Origin: Vicugna vicugna
Taxonomy: Eukaryota
Reading direction: 5' to 3'
NCBI GenBank assembly: GCA_013265495.1
Contig: PNXW01001546.1
Location: forward strand, 1 to 51,964
Length of the DNA: 51,964 bases
The notes beneath the pieces were generated by a model. The model was given only the letters and a program-made list of their open reading frames with translations, ran no database searches and was not told the DNA's origin. Positions 40,966 to 51,964 of this stretch are shown here, one piece after another (the first letter of the stretch is position 1; the number at the start of each line of letters is the position of its first letter). Both the position numbers and the translations under genes were made by a program.

Positions 40966-41219
40966 ACTACAAGGATGAGAGAAGTGATGAAGTATTTAAA
41001 TAAATAGATAAATGTTCATTAACTATAACTTAGAGTTGGTTAATATGTGTAAAACTGATACTAAGAAATATAAAGTTAAATTTTCATAAAACAGCTAAAA
41101 AAGAAGAAAAAGTTGTTTACCTGAAATGCAAATGTCATGATGAGAAAACCACCCACTTTAGAATATACATCTTAGTACTATTTTAAATAATGGATTCTGA
41201 AGAAAAATTATAAAGATAT

Positions 41220-41750
41220 ATAAGGATAACAGTAAGAGAGATCAGTCAAAGCTATTTATATCATTCAGGTGAGAGATGATGGCAGAATGGAATTGTATGA
41301 ATTAGTGTAAATGGAGAGATATGGGAACATTTCAGATATTTCAGAGACAAGTTGACAGTCCTGTGAAAGTTTGGATAGAAAAGCATTAGAAGAAAAGGAT
41401 TTGCTTCTAATTTCCTCCTTGAATAACTGGTTGGAAGAAGCTATCTTCAAAATGGAGAAGACTGAGGAAAACCATTTTTTTTAGAAAATTTTAAAGTTGC
41501 TTTTGATAATATAAATTTGAGATGTCTTTGAGGCATTCAAATAATTGTGTTCTGCTTGTCGCTTGGATACATGAATCTAGAGATTGAGGAAGATGTCAGA
41601 GCTGGAATCATCTTCATATTGATGCTTATAAAAGTCATAAAAATGGATTGAGTCACATAAAAAGAAAGAATAGGAAGAGCAGAATTGAGATTCTTACAGC
41701 TGATCCTCATAGTGTCCTAACTTATAGACTGGGTAAAGACAGAAGAGTCT
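41220..41750. mobile_element. Ancient LINE-2 fragment
   Basis: TTCAGGTGAGAGATGATGG...TTTGAGATGTCTTTGAGGCATTCAAAT...TTGGATACATGAATCTAGAG are L2-like; recognised from memory. Confidence 0.55.
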
Positions 41751-41959
41751 TCCCCATTTATAATACTTATTACTATTTAGTTTACTGACTTTTAAAATTT
41801 CTCTTTTCCCTACTAGAATGTAAGTGTATAGTTTGGGTTGATTTACAATGTTGTGTTAGTTTCAGGTGTACAGCAAAGTGATTCAGTTATATATACATAC
41901 ATGTACTCTTTTTAGATTTTTTTCCATTATAGTTTATTACAAGTTGTTGAATAAGCCTA

Positions 41960-42895
41960 GGACTTCTAAAAATATTAATTCTTCTAGTCCATGAGCCCAG
42001 GGCATCTTTCCACTTATTTGTGTCTTTTTAAAATTGTTTTCATCAGTTTCTTATAGTTTCCAGTTTGTAGTTCTTTCACTTTCTTGCTTTAATATATTCC
42101 TATGTATTTTATTCTATTTGATGCATTTGCAAGTGAGATTTATTTCTTAATTTCTCTGTTATTAGTGCATAGAAATGTAATTGATTTTTGTATATTGATT
42201 TTGTATTGTCAGCTTTACTGAATTGTCTTTTAATTCTAACAGTTTGGGGATGGAATCTTTTAGGTTTTCTAGATGTAATACTATTTTATCTGCAAATAAT
42301 GCCATTTTATACTTCTCTTCAGATTTGGAACCTTTTATTTCTTTTTATTCTCTAATTGCTCTGGCTAGGATTTCTATTACTGTGATCAATGCAGTAATGT
42401 TAGAGGAAAAACTTCGGATTTTTGCTGTTTAATGTCGTTAGCTGTGGGCTTATCATATATGACCTTTCATTATATTGAGGCACATTCCATCTATATGACC
42501 TTGTTTAGAGTTTTTAATCATAAATGGGTTTTGAATTTTGTTAAATGCTTTTTCTACATCGACTGAGGTTATTATTTTGTAATTATCCTTTGTTATTTTA
42601 ATGTGGTTTATCACACTGGTCAGTTTGTGGATGTAGAACCACCTTTGCATCCCTTGAATATATCCCACTTGTTCATTTTATATGATCCTTTTAATGTATT
42701 ATTGAATTCAATTTGCTAATATATTTTGAGGATTTTTCATTTGTGTTCATCAGGAATATTAATCTGTTACTATCTTTTCTTGTGCAGTTTTTGTTCATTT
42801 TTGGTTCAGAGAATTGTTGGCCTTATAAAATAAGTTTGGAAATGCTCCCTCCTCTTCTGTTTTTGGAAGAGTTTGAGAAGTATTGGTATTATTTA
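41960..42895 (-). mobile_element. Old LINE-1 ORF2 RT fragment
   Basis: ORF 42453-42668 (IQGMQRWFYIHK...SVDVEKAFNKIQNPFMIK). Confidence 0.85.
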
Positions 42896-42909
42896 TTACA
42901 TTAATATGT

Positions 42910-45900
42910 TTATATTTTATTGAAATATAGTTGATTTATGGTATTATATTAGCATCAATCATACACATAGTGGTTCAGTATTTTTACAGATAATTCATTA
43001 AAAGTATTACAATATGACTGAAAGTCCCTGTGTTATACAGTATATCTTTGTTGCTTATGTATTTTATACTTAGTAGTTTGTGTCTCTTAAACTCACACCC
43101 TTAATTTGCCCCTCACACCTTCCCACTCTACTTTGGTAACCACTAGTTTATTTTCTGAATTTGCTTCTGTTTTGCATGTACATTTGTTTGTATTATTTTT
43201 TAGATTCCACATAAAAGTGATATCACATAGTATTTGTCTTTCTCTTTCTGACTTATTTCACAAAGCATAATATTCTCTAGGTCCATCATGTTGCAGAATT
43301 TCATACTTTTTTATGGGTAGTATTCCACTGTGTGTATGTGTGTGTGTACGTACACACACATGCATGCCAATCTTCTTCATCAGTTAGTCTATTGATGGGC
43401 ACATGGGTTTCTTCCATATTTTGTCTGTTGTAAATAGTGCTCCTATGAACACCTGGGTATATGTAACTTTTTGAATTAGTGTTTGTGTTTTCTTTGGATC
43501 TATACCCAGACTGGAATTTCTGGATCACATGGTAGTTCTATTTTTAGTTTTTTGAGGAATTTCCATACTGTTTTCCATAGTGGCAGTTAGAAAATTTTAA
43601 AGTTGATATTTGACTAATTTTTGATGATAGCTCTTATGCTGAATATGAGGTGATATCTCATTGTTTTTATTTGCATTTTTCTAATAATTAGTGATGTTGT
43701 GCTTCTTCTCATTTGCCTGTTAGCCAGCAGTATGTCTTTTGAAAAAATATGTATTCCATCCAGTCTTCTGCACAAGTTTTGAATAGGTTGGTTTTTTTTA
43801 AAATATTGATTTGTATGTGTTGTTTATATAGTTTGGATATTAACCCCTTATTGGTCATATATTTGCTAATGTTTCTCCCATTTCATAGGTTGTCTTTTCA
43901 TTTTATCAACTGTTTTTTTTGCTGAGCAAAAAAGCTTTTAAGTTTAACTAGGTCCTATTTGTTTATTTTTGTTTGTATTTCTTTTGACTTAGGAGAGAGA
44001 TCCAAAAAAAATACTGTTCTAATTTATATCAAAGAATGTTTTACCTGTGTTCTCCTCTAAGGTTTTTATATTTCAGGTCTTATATTTAGGTCTTTAAACT
44101 ATTTTGAGTTTATTTTTGTATATGGTATGAGGGAAAGTTCTAATTTCAGTTTTCCCAGCATCACTTGTTGAAGAGACTATCTTTTCTCCATTGTATATTC
44201 TTGCCTCCTGTGTTGTAGATTAGTGAGCCACAGTTGCACAAGTTTATTTCTGGGTTTTCTATTTTGTTTCATTGATCAGTGTGTCTATTTTTGTGTCACT
44301 ATCACACTGTTTTGTTTATTTTAACTTTGTAGTATTGTCTGAAGCCTGGGAAGTTCCAGCTTTGTTCTTTTTTTCTCAGGATTTCCTTGACAATTTGGAA
44401 TCTTTGTGGTTCTATGTTAATTTTAGGATTATTTGCTCTAGTTCTGTGAAAAATGTGGCTATTTTGTTATGGAATTCATTAAACATGTGGTTTGCATTGG
44501 GTAACATGGCCACTTTATCATTATTAATTCTTCCAATCCAAAAATACTGGATAACTTTCCACTTCTCTGAATCAGTGTTTTATACTTTTCATAATATAGG
44601 TATTTCCCTTCCTTAGTTAAGTTTATTCCTAGGTATTCTTTTTGCTGTGGCTTTTGAACAGAATTTTAAAAAACTTTTTTTCTTGATATTTAAGTATTAG
44701 TGCATAGAAAAGCAACCTATTTCTATATATTAATTTTGTATCCTCCAATATTGCTTAATTCATTTATTAGTTCTAATCGTTTTTTGGTGGAGACATAGAG
44801 TTTTCTATATGTAATATCATGTCATCTATATATAGTGACAGTTTTACTTCTTTCTTTCCATTTGGATGCCTTTTTATATCTTTTTCTTGTCTCATTGCTG
44901 TGGCTAGGATGTTCAATATTATGTTCAATAGAATTGGTGAGAGTGTGCATCATTGTCTTGTTCCTGAATTTGGAAGAAAGACTTTCAGCATTTCACCATT
45001 GAGTACAATGTTATCTCTGAGTTTAACATAAATGGTCTTCACTCTGTTGAGTATGTTCCCTCTTTGCCCACTTAGATGAGAGTTTTTACCATAAATATAT
45101 GTTGAATCTTGTTAAATGTTTTTTCTGCATCTATTAAGATGGTCATGTGATTTTTACCCTTCCTTTTGTTAATGTGGTGTATCACAGTGACTGATTTGCC
45201 GATGTTGAAAAATGCTTGTGACACTAGAAAAAAATCCAAATTGATAATGGTATATGAGCCTTTTTATATATTGTTGAATTTTGTTTTCTAATGTTTTACT
45301 GAGGGTTTTTATATCTATATTCATCAAAGATATTTGCCTATAATTTTCTCTTTTTTTTGTAATGTCTTTGGTTTTGATATCAGGGTAATGGTCACCTCGT
45401 ATAGTGAATTTGGGAGTATCCCTTCCATTTGCATTGTTTGGAATCGTTTGAGGAAGATAAGTACTAATTTTTCCCTCTATTTTTGGCATTATTCCCTTGT
45501 GAAGCCATGTGGTCTTGAACTTTTGTTTGCTGAGAGGTTTTTTTTTTTTAAATTACAAATTCTATTTTACTATGAGTGATCAGTCTGTTCAAATTGTGTT
45601 TCTTTTTGATTCAGTCTAGGTTTATATTTCTAGAAATTTGTCCGTTTATTCTAGGGTGTCCTGCTTGTGGGCATAAATCTGTTCATAGTGTTTTCTTATG
45701 ACATTTTTTGTAAAAAAAATCCTCTGTGGTATTGGTTGTAATTTCTCCTTTTGCTTTTTTTATTTTGTTTGTTTGGGCCTTCTTTCTTTTCTTCATAGGT
45801 GAACGTAGCTGAAGGTTTTTCAACTTTATCTGTTCAAAAAACTACCTTCTGATTTTGTTAATCTTTTCTATTGTATTTTGATGTCTATTTTATTTAATTT

Positions 45901-47344
45901 CTCTCTAATCTTCATTATTTCCTTCCTTCTACTGACTTTAGGCTTCATTTGATCTTATTTTCTAATTCTTTTAAGTGTTAGGCTAGGTTGTTTAGTTAAA
46001 TTTTTGTTTGTTTCTTGAGGTAGACTTTTATTGCTATAAACCTCCCTCTTAGAACAGCTTTTGCTGCATCCCATAGGTTTTGGCATGTTGTGCCTTCATT
46101 TTCATTTGTCTCAAGGTATTTTTCTAATTTCCTTGTTGATTTCTTCATTGGCTCTCTCTCTTTTTTTTTTTTTCAATAGCATGTGGTTTAGTCATCCCAT
46201 GTTTTTTCTTTTACCGTTTTGTTTCTATAATTGATTTCTAGTTTTATACCATTGTGGCCAGGAAAAATGCTTGATACAATTTCTATCCTCTTAAATTTGT
46301 TGAGACTTGTTTTGTAGCCTACCATGTGATATATCCTGGAGAACATTCAAAGTACACCGCAAAGAATGTTTATTCAGCTCTTTTTGGATGTGATGCCCTG
46401 TAGATTTCTATTAAGTCTAATTGAGCCATTGTATCATTTAAGAGCAGAACTGCTTTAATGAATTTCTCAATGTCAATGGACAGATGATGCAAAACCCCCT
46501 ACTCTTACTGTGTAAATATCAGGTTCTTCTGTTAGAATATTCTTCATATATTTACGTGATCCTGTATTGGGTGCATATATGTTTATATATATATTTTTTA
46601 ATTGAAATATAGTCAGTTTACAATGTTGTGTCAATTTCAGGTGTACAGCATAATGTTTCAATCATATGTGAACATACATATATTTGTTTTCATATTTTTT
46701 ATCATAAGTTATTACAAGATATTGAATATAGTTCCCTGAGCTATCCAGTATGAACTTATTTATCTATTTTATATAGTTAGTGTATGCAAATCTCAAACCG
46801 CCAATTTATCCCTTCCCACCTACTTTCCCTCCTGGTAACCATAATTTTGTTTTCTATATCTGTGGGTCTGTTTCTGTTTTGTAAATAAGTTCAATTGTCT
46901 TTTTGTTAGATTCCACATATAAGTATTTTTCTTTCTCTTTCTGGTGGGTGCGTATATGTTAATGAATATAATATTCTCTTCCTATATTGATTCTTTTGTC
47001 ATTATATAATGCTCTTCTTTGTGTTGTTATAGGCTTTGTATTAAAGTGTGTCTGATATGACTATTGCTATTCCTGCTTTCTTGTCATTTCCATTTGTATG
47101 AATTATCATTTTCCATCCTCCCACTTTCAGTCTAGTGTGTCTTTACCCCTGAAGTGAGTCTTTTAAAGGCAGCATATGAACAGTCTTGTTTTTTATCCAA
47201 TCAGCCATTCTATGTCTTTGATTGGAGCATTGATGTTTAAAGTAATTATTAGTAGATATGCACTTTTTGCTATTTTGTAATTTTTTTCAAGTTGTTTTTG
47301 TAGTTCTCTATTTGTTCTTCTTTTTCTTTCTTCTCTTGTGGTTT
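42910..47344 (-). mobile_element. Degenerate LINE-1 (3'UTR and ORF2 to spacer), interrupted by the ERV
   Basis: ORF2 remnants 45169-45489 (ENYRQISLMNID) and 46473-46661 (NIYAPN); stops abruptly at the LTR TG. Confidence 0.92.
46584..46944 (-). mobile_element. Short L1 3'-end insertion (~360 bp) nested in an L1
   Basis: Same 3'UTR family as 7019-7407; TSD TGGGTGCRTATATGTT at 46568-46583 and 46945-46960. Confidence 0.9.
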
Positions 47345-47871
47345 TGAGAAGAAACAGACAGGCTCAGCTAACAAGCTAACTGTAAATCTAAGTGTAACAA
47401 GTGTTGGTTTGCTGATTCCCTGCTCATGTTTTATTTTATTTTATTTTACTTTATTTTATTTTATTTTATTTATTTTATTTTATTTTATTATTTTATTTTA
47501 TTTTATTTTATTTGTTTTATTTTATTTTTTTATTTTATTTTATTATTTTATTTTATTTTATTTTATTTTATTTTATTTTAATTTTATTTTTGCTAGCCAG
47601 CTGGATTTTCAAAGAGACATACCCGGCCTTGAAATGTTGGTTTGCTGCCTCCCTGCCTCTACTTTCGTGATAATGATGCTGCTAAAGCTATTCCATGCCT
47701 GTGGCCGAATACCCCAAGCTTGTAATTAATCCTATAAAACCTTATCCACACATCTTGGAGGTGCTTTTAGCATCGGAGCAGAAGCCCCTCTGAGCCTGCT
47801 GGTGTAATAAATCTGAGTACTCCAGCCCTCCAAGTGGTGCTTGTTTCTTGGCTGACCTGTCGTTTCCATAA
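47345..47871 (+). mobile_element. 5' LTR of ERV1 (gammaretrovirus-like) provirus
   Basis: Begins TG at the L1 breakpoint; TATAAAA at 47733-47739; AATAAA at 47806-47811; followed by a PBS. The terminal CA appears mutated, so the 3' boundary is approximate. Confidence 0.85.
47429..47591. repeat. (ATTTT)n pentanucleotide microsatellite in LTR U3
   Basis: Directly visible, about 160 bp. Confidence 0.95.
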
Positions 47872-47876
47872 ATTTC

Positions 47877-47894
47877 TGGAGGCCCCAGTGAGAT
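47877..47894 (+). promoter_or_regulatory. Primer binding site, tRNA-Thr
   Basis: TGGAGGCCCCAGTGAGAT is 17/18 complementary to the recalled tRNA-Thr(UGU) 3' end ATCTCGCTGGGGCCTCCA; the mismatch is CpG>TpG. Confidence 0.8.
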
Positions 47895-48212
47895 TTAACC
47901 ATGCCAGCCGCTTGAACCGCTGGGCTGGTGGCTCTGACCAACCGGGAGACGGGACTCCAGCAGCGAACGAGGTGGCACAGCCCGACGGTATTCTGGGTTC
48001 TCTTTTGTGATGGTGACTTGGCCCCCTCGGGTGGCTGGGCTACAACCAGAGCCAGACTCGGTGGAGGGACAGACAGACTCACCAGGTGGCTGTCTGGACA
48101 AGATAGGAACCCCCGGGGAGAAATCAGGTCCTGTCCCAGTGGACAGAGGAGCAGGCTGATCCCCTCCTACAGGAAACATGATATTGGGACTGGTGGGAGG
48201 ACTGTTGTTAAC

Positions 48213-48214
<2 letters not shown>

Positions 48215-48257
<43 letters not shown>

Positions 48258-48259
48258 TG
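48215..48259. repeat. (GT)n microsatellite in the ERV leader
   Basis: Directly visible. Confidence 0.95.
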
Positions 48260-48564
48260 AATGAATGTGTGGCCTGTGAAGCATGAGATCCGGCTCCACT
48301 TTGTAGCTCCATGGCATTCTGCTACGGAGTTCGAGTGAGTCCCAGCCTGCGGTTCCGTGGTGACCTCATACGGCTCAGGGCAGTATCGGTCCCTCAGGGT
48401 CCTGATCAGAGTCAGCGGCTTATACTGACCCACCAAAACTAAGAGGCACCTTCGTCCCCGCGAGGGGAGCAGCCAGGCAGATGCAGCAAAAACCCTCCTT
48501 TGTCTTGTCTGCGACACCAGTACAGGGTGGCTACACTGGGAGGGAAAGGGGTGTAAAACAGCCA

Positions 48565-49070
48565 ATGAGTCAATGCCCCCTGTGCCCTCAGAGGCTAGGA
48601 TGCTATTTCTTCGAGAAAGTCTCCTACCTGGCTCTGTCACAGAACACCTGAGACTTATTGTTCCCCTACTGAACTGACCCAAGGAGTGCCCCTTTTGCCT
48701 AGCCTCAGACCCCCAGGACTTGAGTTTAGAAGATGAATTTCTTCAGGACTGGGCTCATCCAGCCTTGGATGTCCCCTTTCTAGTCCATTTGTTTTGCCAT
48801 CAGCCGTCAGTCCCACGCCCTTGGTACGTTAGTTCAAGATAAAGAGAGGATTTAGTGAGGAAGCGCCTGAAACTGCTTGAGGCCTTGAGCTCCAGAGACA
48901 TCAGCTGTGACTGGAACCCAGACTCCCTGACCAAATTAGCCTTCAAATGACTCATAGAGCCATCAAGAGAGTGGTCTTTCCGGGAACTCTGGTGTTTTGA
49001 AGAGTGAAGAAGGAAAAGATATAAAGGCTACCTTCCCAAACACCCAAAGCAACAGATCTATTATCCTTAA
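48565..49070 (+). pseudogene. Putative decayed pre-gag ORF (~168 codons, two CxxC motifs)
   Basis: Manual translation with one 1-nt frameshift at ~48680 and five internal stops, four of them TGA; ends TAA 13 nt before the gag ATG. Confidence 0.5.
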
Positions 49071-49083
49071 ACATCTAGACAGA

Positions 49084-50664
49084 ATGGGAGGCTCGAAGTT
49101 GAAACCCACCACCCTAGGCTGCATGATTAAGAATTTCAAAAAGGGATTCTCAGGAGACTATGGAGTTTGAATGACCCCTGGCAGGCTCTGCACTTTGTGT
49201 GAGCTTGAATGGCTGGGCTTTGGAGTCCGGTGGCCCTCAGGAGGAACTCTGGACCTAGCAACAGTGCGAGCAGTCTATCAAATAATCACTGGAACCCCAG
49301 GCCACCCAGATCAATTCCCTTACATTGACTCCTGGCTGAATATTGCCCAGACTCTACTCCCATGGATTCGGTTCTGCTCAAATGGACCTGGACAATGCAA
49401 GATATTAGCAGCTCGGCCGGTCCAGGCCAAAAAGACAGAGAAAAGCCCATTTTCCAGGGAGACACAGAGGACAAGATGTGCCTGCCCCCTCCATATGCCT
49501 GTGGGGCACCGACACCTCCAGTCCCACTGGTGACACCACCACCCTCTGTGTCACCACCTCCCTAACCTGAGGACCCAGAGGCAGAGCCCAGCCCCCAGCC
49601 TGAGCCTGTAGGAAGGAGACTCCGCTCAGCACAAGCCAGGAGACCAGCACCACCGGCCCTCCAAATGCCACTGCGGGAGAAACAATGACTGCAGCAAGTT
49701 GGGGAAGACGGGACTGTTCAGCCCAGGTACCCCGTACTCTACTACCAACCCTTTAGTACTACAGACCTTCTCAATTGGCACCATCATACTCCTTCCTACG
49801 CTGAACAGCCGCAGGCTATGATTGACCTCGTAGAGTCTATCTTCCATTCTCACAGGCCCACCTGGGAAGATGTCCACCAGCTGCTTCTGATTCTTTTCAA
49901 TACGGAGGAGAGGAGACTCATTCTCACTGAAGCACGAAAATGGCTACAGGGCCAAGCTCCCAGGGACACAATGGATGTTGAGGGGTGGGCCATGACACGG
50001 GCCCCTGACAGCAGGCCAGATTGGGACTTTAACACCCAAGAAGGAAGAGAAGCACTGTGTGAGTACCAGGAGGCCATCCTACAAGGGCTAAGAGCCGGAG
50101 ACAAGAAGCCAACTAACATGTCTGAAACGACCATGGTGACCCAGAGGCCAGACGAAACCCCCACTGACTTCTATGATAGACTATGTGAAGCATTCCGAGT
50201 CTACACTCCTCTTGATCCTGAGGCCCAAGAAAACCAGCGGATGGTCAACACTGCCTTCGTAGCCCAATTGTGCCCAGATATACACCGGAAACTAGAAACT
50301 GGATGGATTTGCAGGGATGAATGCTATACAGCTACTGGAAGTAGCAAACAAAGTTTTTGTAAACTGAGAATGGGAAGTCCAACGAGAAGCAGACCAGCGA
50401 ATGAAGCAGAAAGCCACGCTCCTTGCAGCAGCCCTGGGGAAAACAGGCTTCAGCCAGAATCCTGCACCACCCCAGAAGAGGGGACCCCGACCATGGATGC
50501 CCTTGGGTGGAGATCGGTGCGCATATTGCCGGGAGACAGGACACGGGAAGAATGAGTGCCCAAACAGAGAGGATGGGAAGAGAGCCCCCTGCAAAAGGCC
50601 TCCTTATCAGCTGGAGCCACTAGCCAGTAATTGCATCAGACTGGCTATGGTTGACTCAGAATAG
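49084..50664 (+). pseudogene. gag: ERV1 gag (MA-p12-CA-NC), disrupted
   Basis: MGGSKLKPTTLGCMIKNFKKGFSGDYGV*MTPG...GHPDQFPYIDSW; PPPY late domain at 49485-49496; CA YYQPFSTTDLLNW; MHR QRPDETPTDFYDRLCEAFRVYTP; single zinc knuckle CAYCRETGHGKNEC; amber stop at 50662-50664; stops at 49168, 49686 and 50365; frameshifts near 49430 and 50294. Confidence 0.93.
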
Positions 50665-51964
50665 GAGAGACCGGGCTCCCCCAGAAGCCCAAGGTCAAAA
50701 TGTTGATAGGGGGCCAACCAATGACTTTTATGGTGGACACAGGAGCAGAGTATTCTGTGGTGACTCAACCTGTAGACCCCCTGACCAAGAAAAAGGCGAC
50801 TATTATAGGGGCTACTGGGGACTTGACTGCCCCCCATTTCTGCCAACCACGATCCTGTCAAGTAGGGGGCCACCTAGTGACACATGAATTTTTATACTTG
50901 CCTGAATGCACGATACCATTGCTCAAAAGAGATCTTCTATCTAAATTGGGGGCACAAATCACCTTCGTCCCCGGGAAACAGGCACATCTGACCCTACGGG
51001 GAGAGTCTATGATTCTAGCCATCTCAGTTCCCCGAGAAGAAGAATAGCATCTATATGAGAGCAGAGAACTCCAGGAAAATCCTAGCAAGCTCCTGGAAGA
51101 GTTTCCATTAGTCTGGGCTGAGAATGGGCCACCAGGCTTGGCACATAATCAGGCACCACTGGTGATTGACCTCAAACCTGGAGCCAGCCCGGTCAGACAG
51201 AAGCAATATCCCATGCCTTGAGAGGCTCACCTAGGAATCCAGAAGCATATACAGCGCCTCCGACAAGAGGGAATCCTAACCGAGTGCAGATCTCCTTGGA
51301 ACACACCATTGCTCCCAGTGAAGAAAGCTGAAGGAATAGATTATAGGCCAGTTCAGGACTTATGAAAAGTGAGTGAAGTAGTCACTACAATACATCCAGC
51401 AGTGCCAAATCCATACACTCTTCTAGGCCTCATTCCAGCAGGCGCCAAATGGTTTACATGCCTAGACCTTAAAGACGCTTTCTTCTGTTTTTGACTCTTA
51501 CCTGTGAGCCAGCCCATATTCGCATTTGAATGGGAGAATCCCCACACAGGAGGGAAAACTCAACGGACATGGACATGTCTCCCCCAAGGCTTTAAAAACT
51601 CACCCACCCTGTTTGGAGAGGCACTAGCCTCAGACCTTGTAAAGTTCCCTGGGGAGACATTGAACTCTACTCTGTTCCAGTATGTGGATGACTTGCTGTT
51701 AGCCAGCCCCAGTGAAGAGGACTGTTGGAGAGGAACTTGAGCCCTTCTAGGGTTACTCCAAACAACTGGATATAAGGTCTCATGGAAAAAGGCCCAGATC
51801 TGCAAAAAGACAGTCAAATACCTGGGATTTATTATCTCAGAGGGACACCAAGCCCTAGAACCAGAGTGAAAACAAGTTATTTGTGCCATACTCAGACCAG
51901 AAACAAAAAGGAACCTGCAAGAGTTCCTGGGCGCAGCTGGGTTTTGCCGGATCTGGATCCCCGG
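50665..51964 (+). pseudogene. pol: ERV1 pro-pol (protease and RT), disrupted, runs off the window
   Basis: Protease FMVDTGAEYS...[53 protein letters not shown]; one frame from 50700 with stops at 51045, 51219, 51363, 51738 and 51867. Confidence 0.95.

Noticed and set aside
47409..48682. ORFs of 106-171 aa in the LTR and leader (47409-47729, 47895-48317, 47928-48260, 48167-48682)
   Set aside because: Held open partly by (ATTTT)n or (GT)n repeats or antisense to the provirus; no protein-like motifs.
1..51964. CRISPR arrays, operons or other prokaryotic systems; reverse transcriptases as a novel system
   Set aside because: This is mammalian DNA with no repeat-spacer array; all RT motifs belong to L1 or ERV elements.

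Overview
Mammalian genomic DNA, very likely camelid: it carries three copies of a tRNA-derived SINE that I recognise as the tylopod Vic-1 type. It is an AT-rich, LINE-1-saturated olfactory-receptor locus. There is one intact gene, a 308-aa class II olfactory receptor of the OR5K subfamily (21983-22909, minus strand). Its likely 5' non-coding exons and an O/E(EBF)-site promoter can be traced about 3 kb upstream. The rest is nested, dead L1s of several ages, L2/HAL1-like and ERVL (LTR16/LTR33-like) relics, and a small CpG island with an NRF1 site and splice donor near 1.6-2.0 kb. From 47345 to the window end lies the 5' half of a gammaretrovirus-like (ERV1) provirus with LTR, tRNA-Thr PBS, gag, pro and RT, inactivated mostly by CGA>TGA decay. 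The most notable observation is a decayed ~168-codon 'pre-gag' ORF with two CxxC motifs in the proviral leader, missed by the ORF track. Others are two independent short L1-tail insertions with nearly the same 5' end, a templated 65-bp local copy at a deletion junction, and an apparent frameshifted ancestral C-terminal tail behind the OR stop codon. Repeat subfamily names and comparisons with human proteins come from memory, not database searches; repeat boundaries are approximate.
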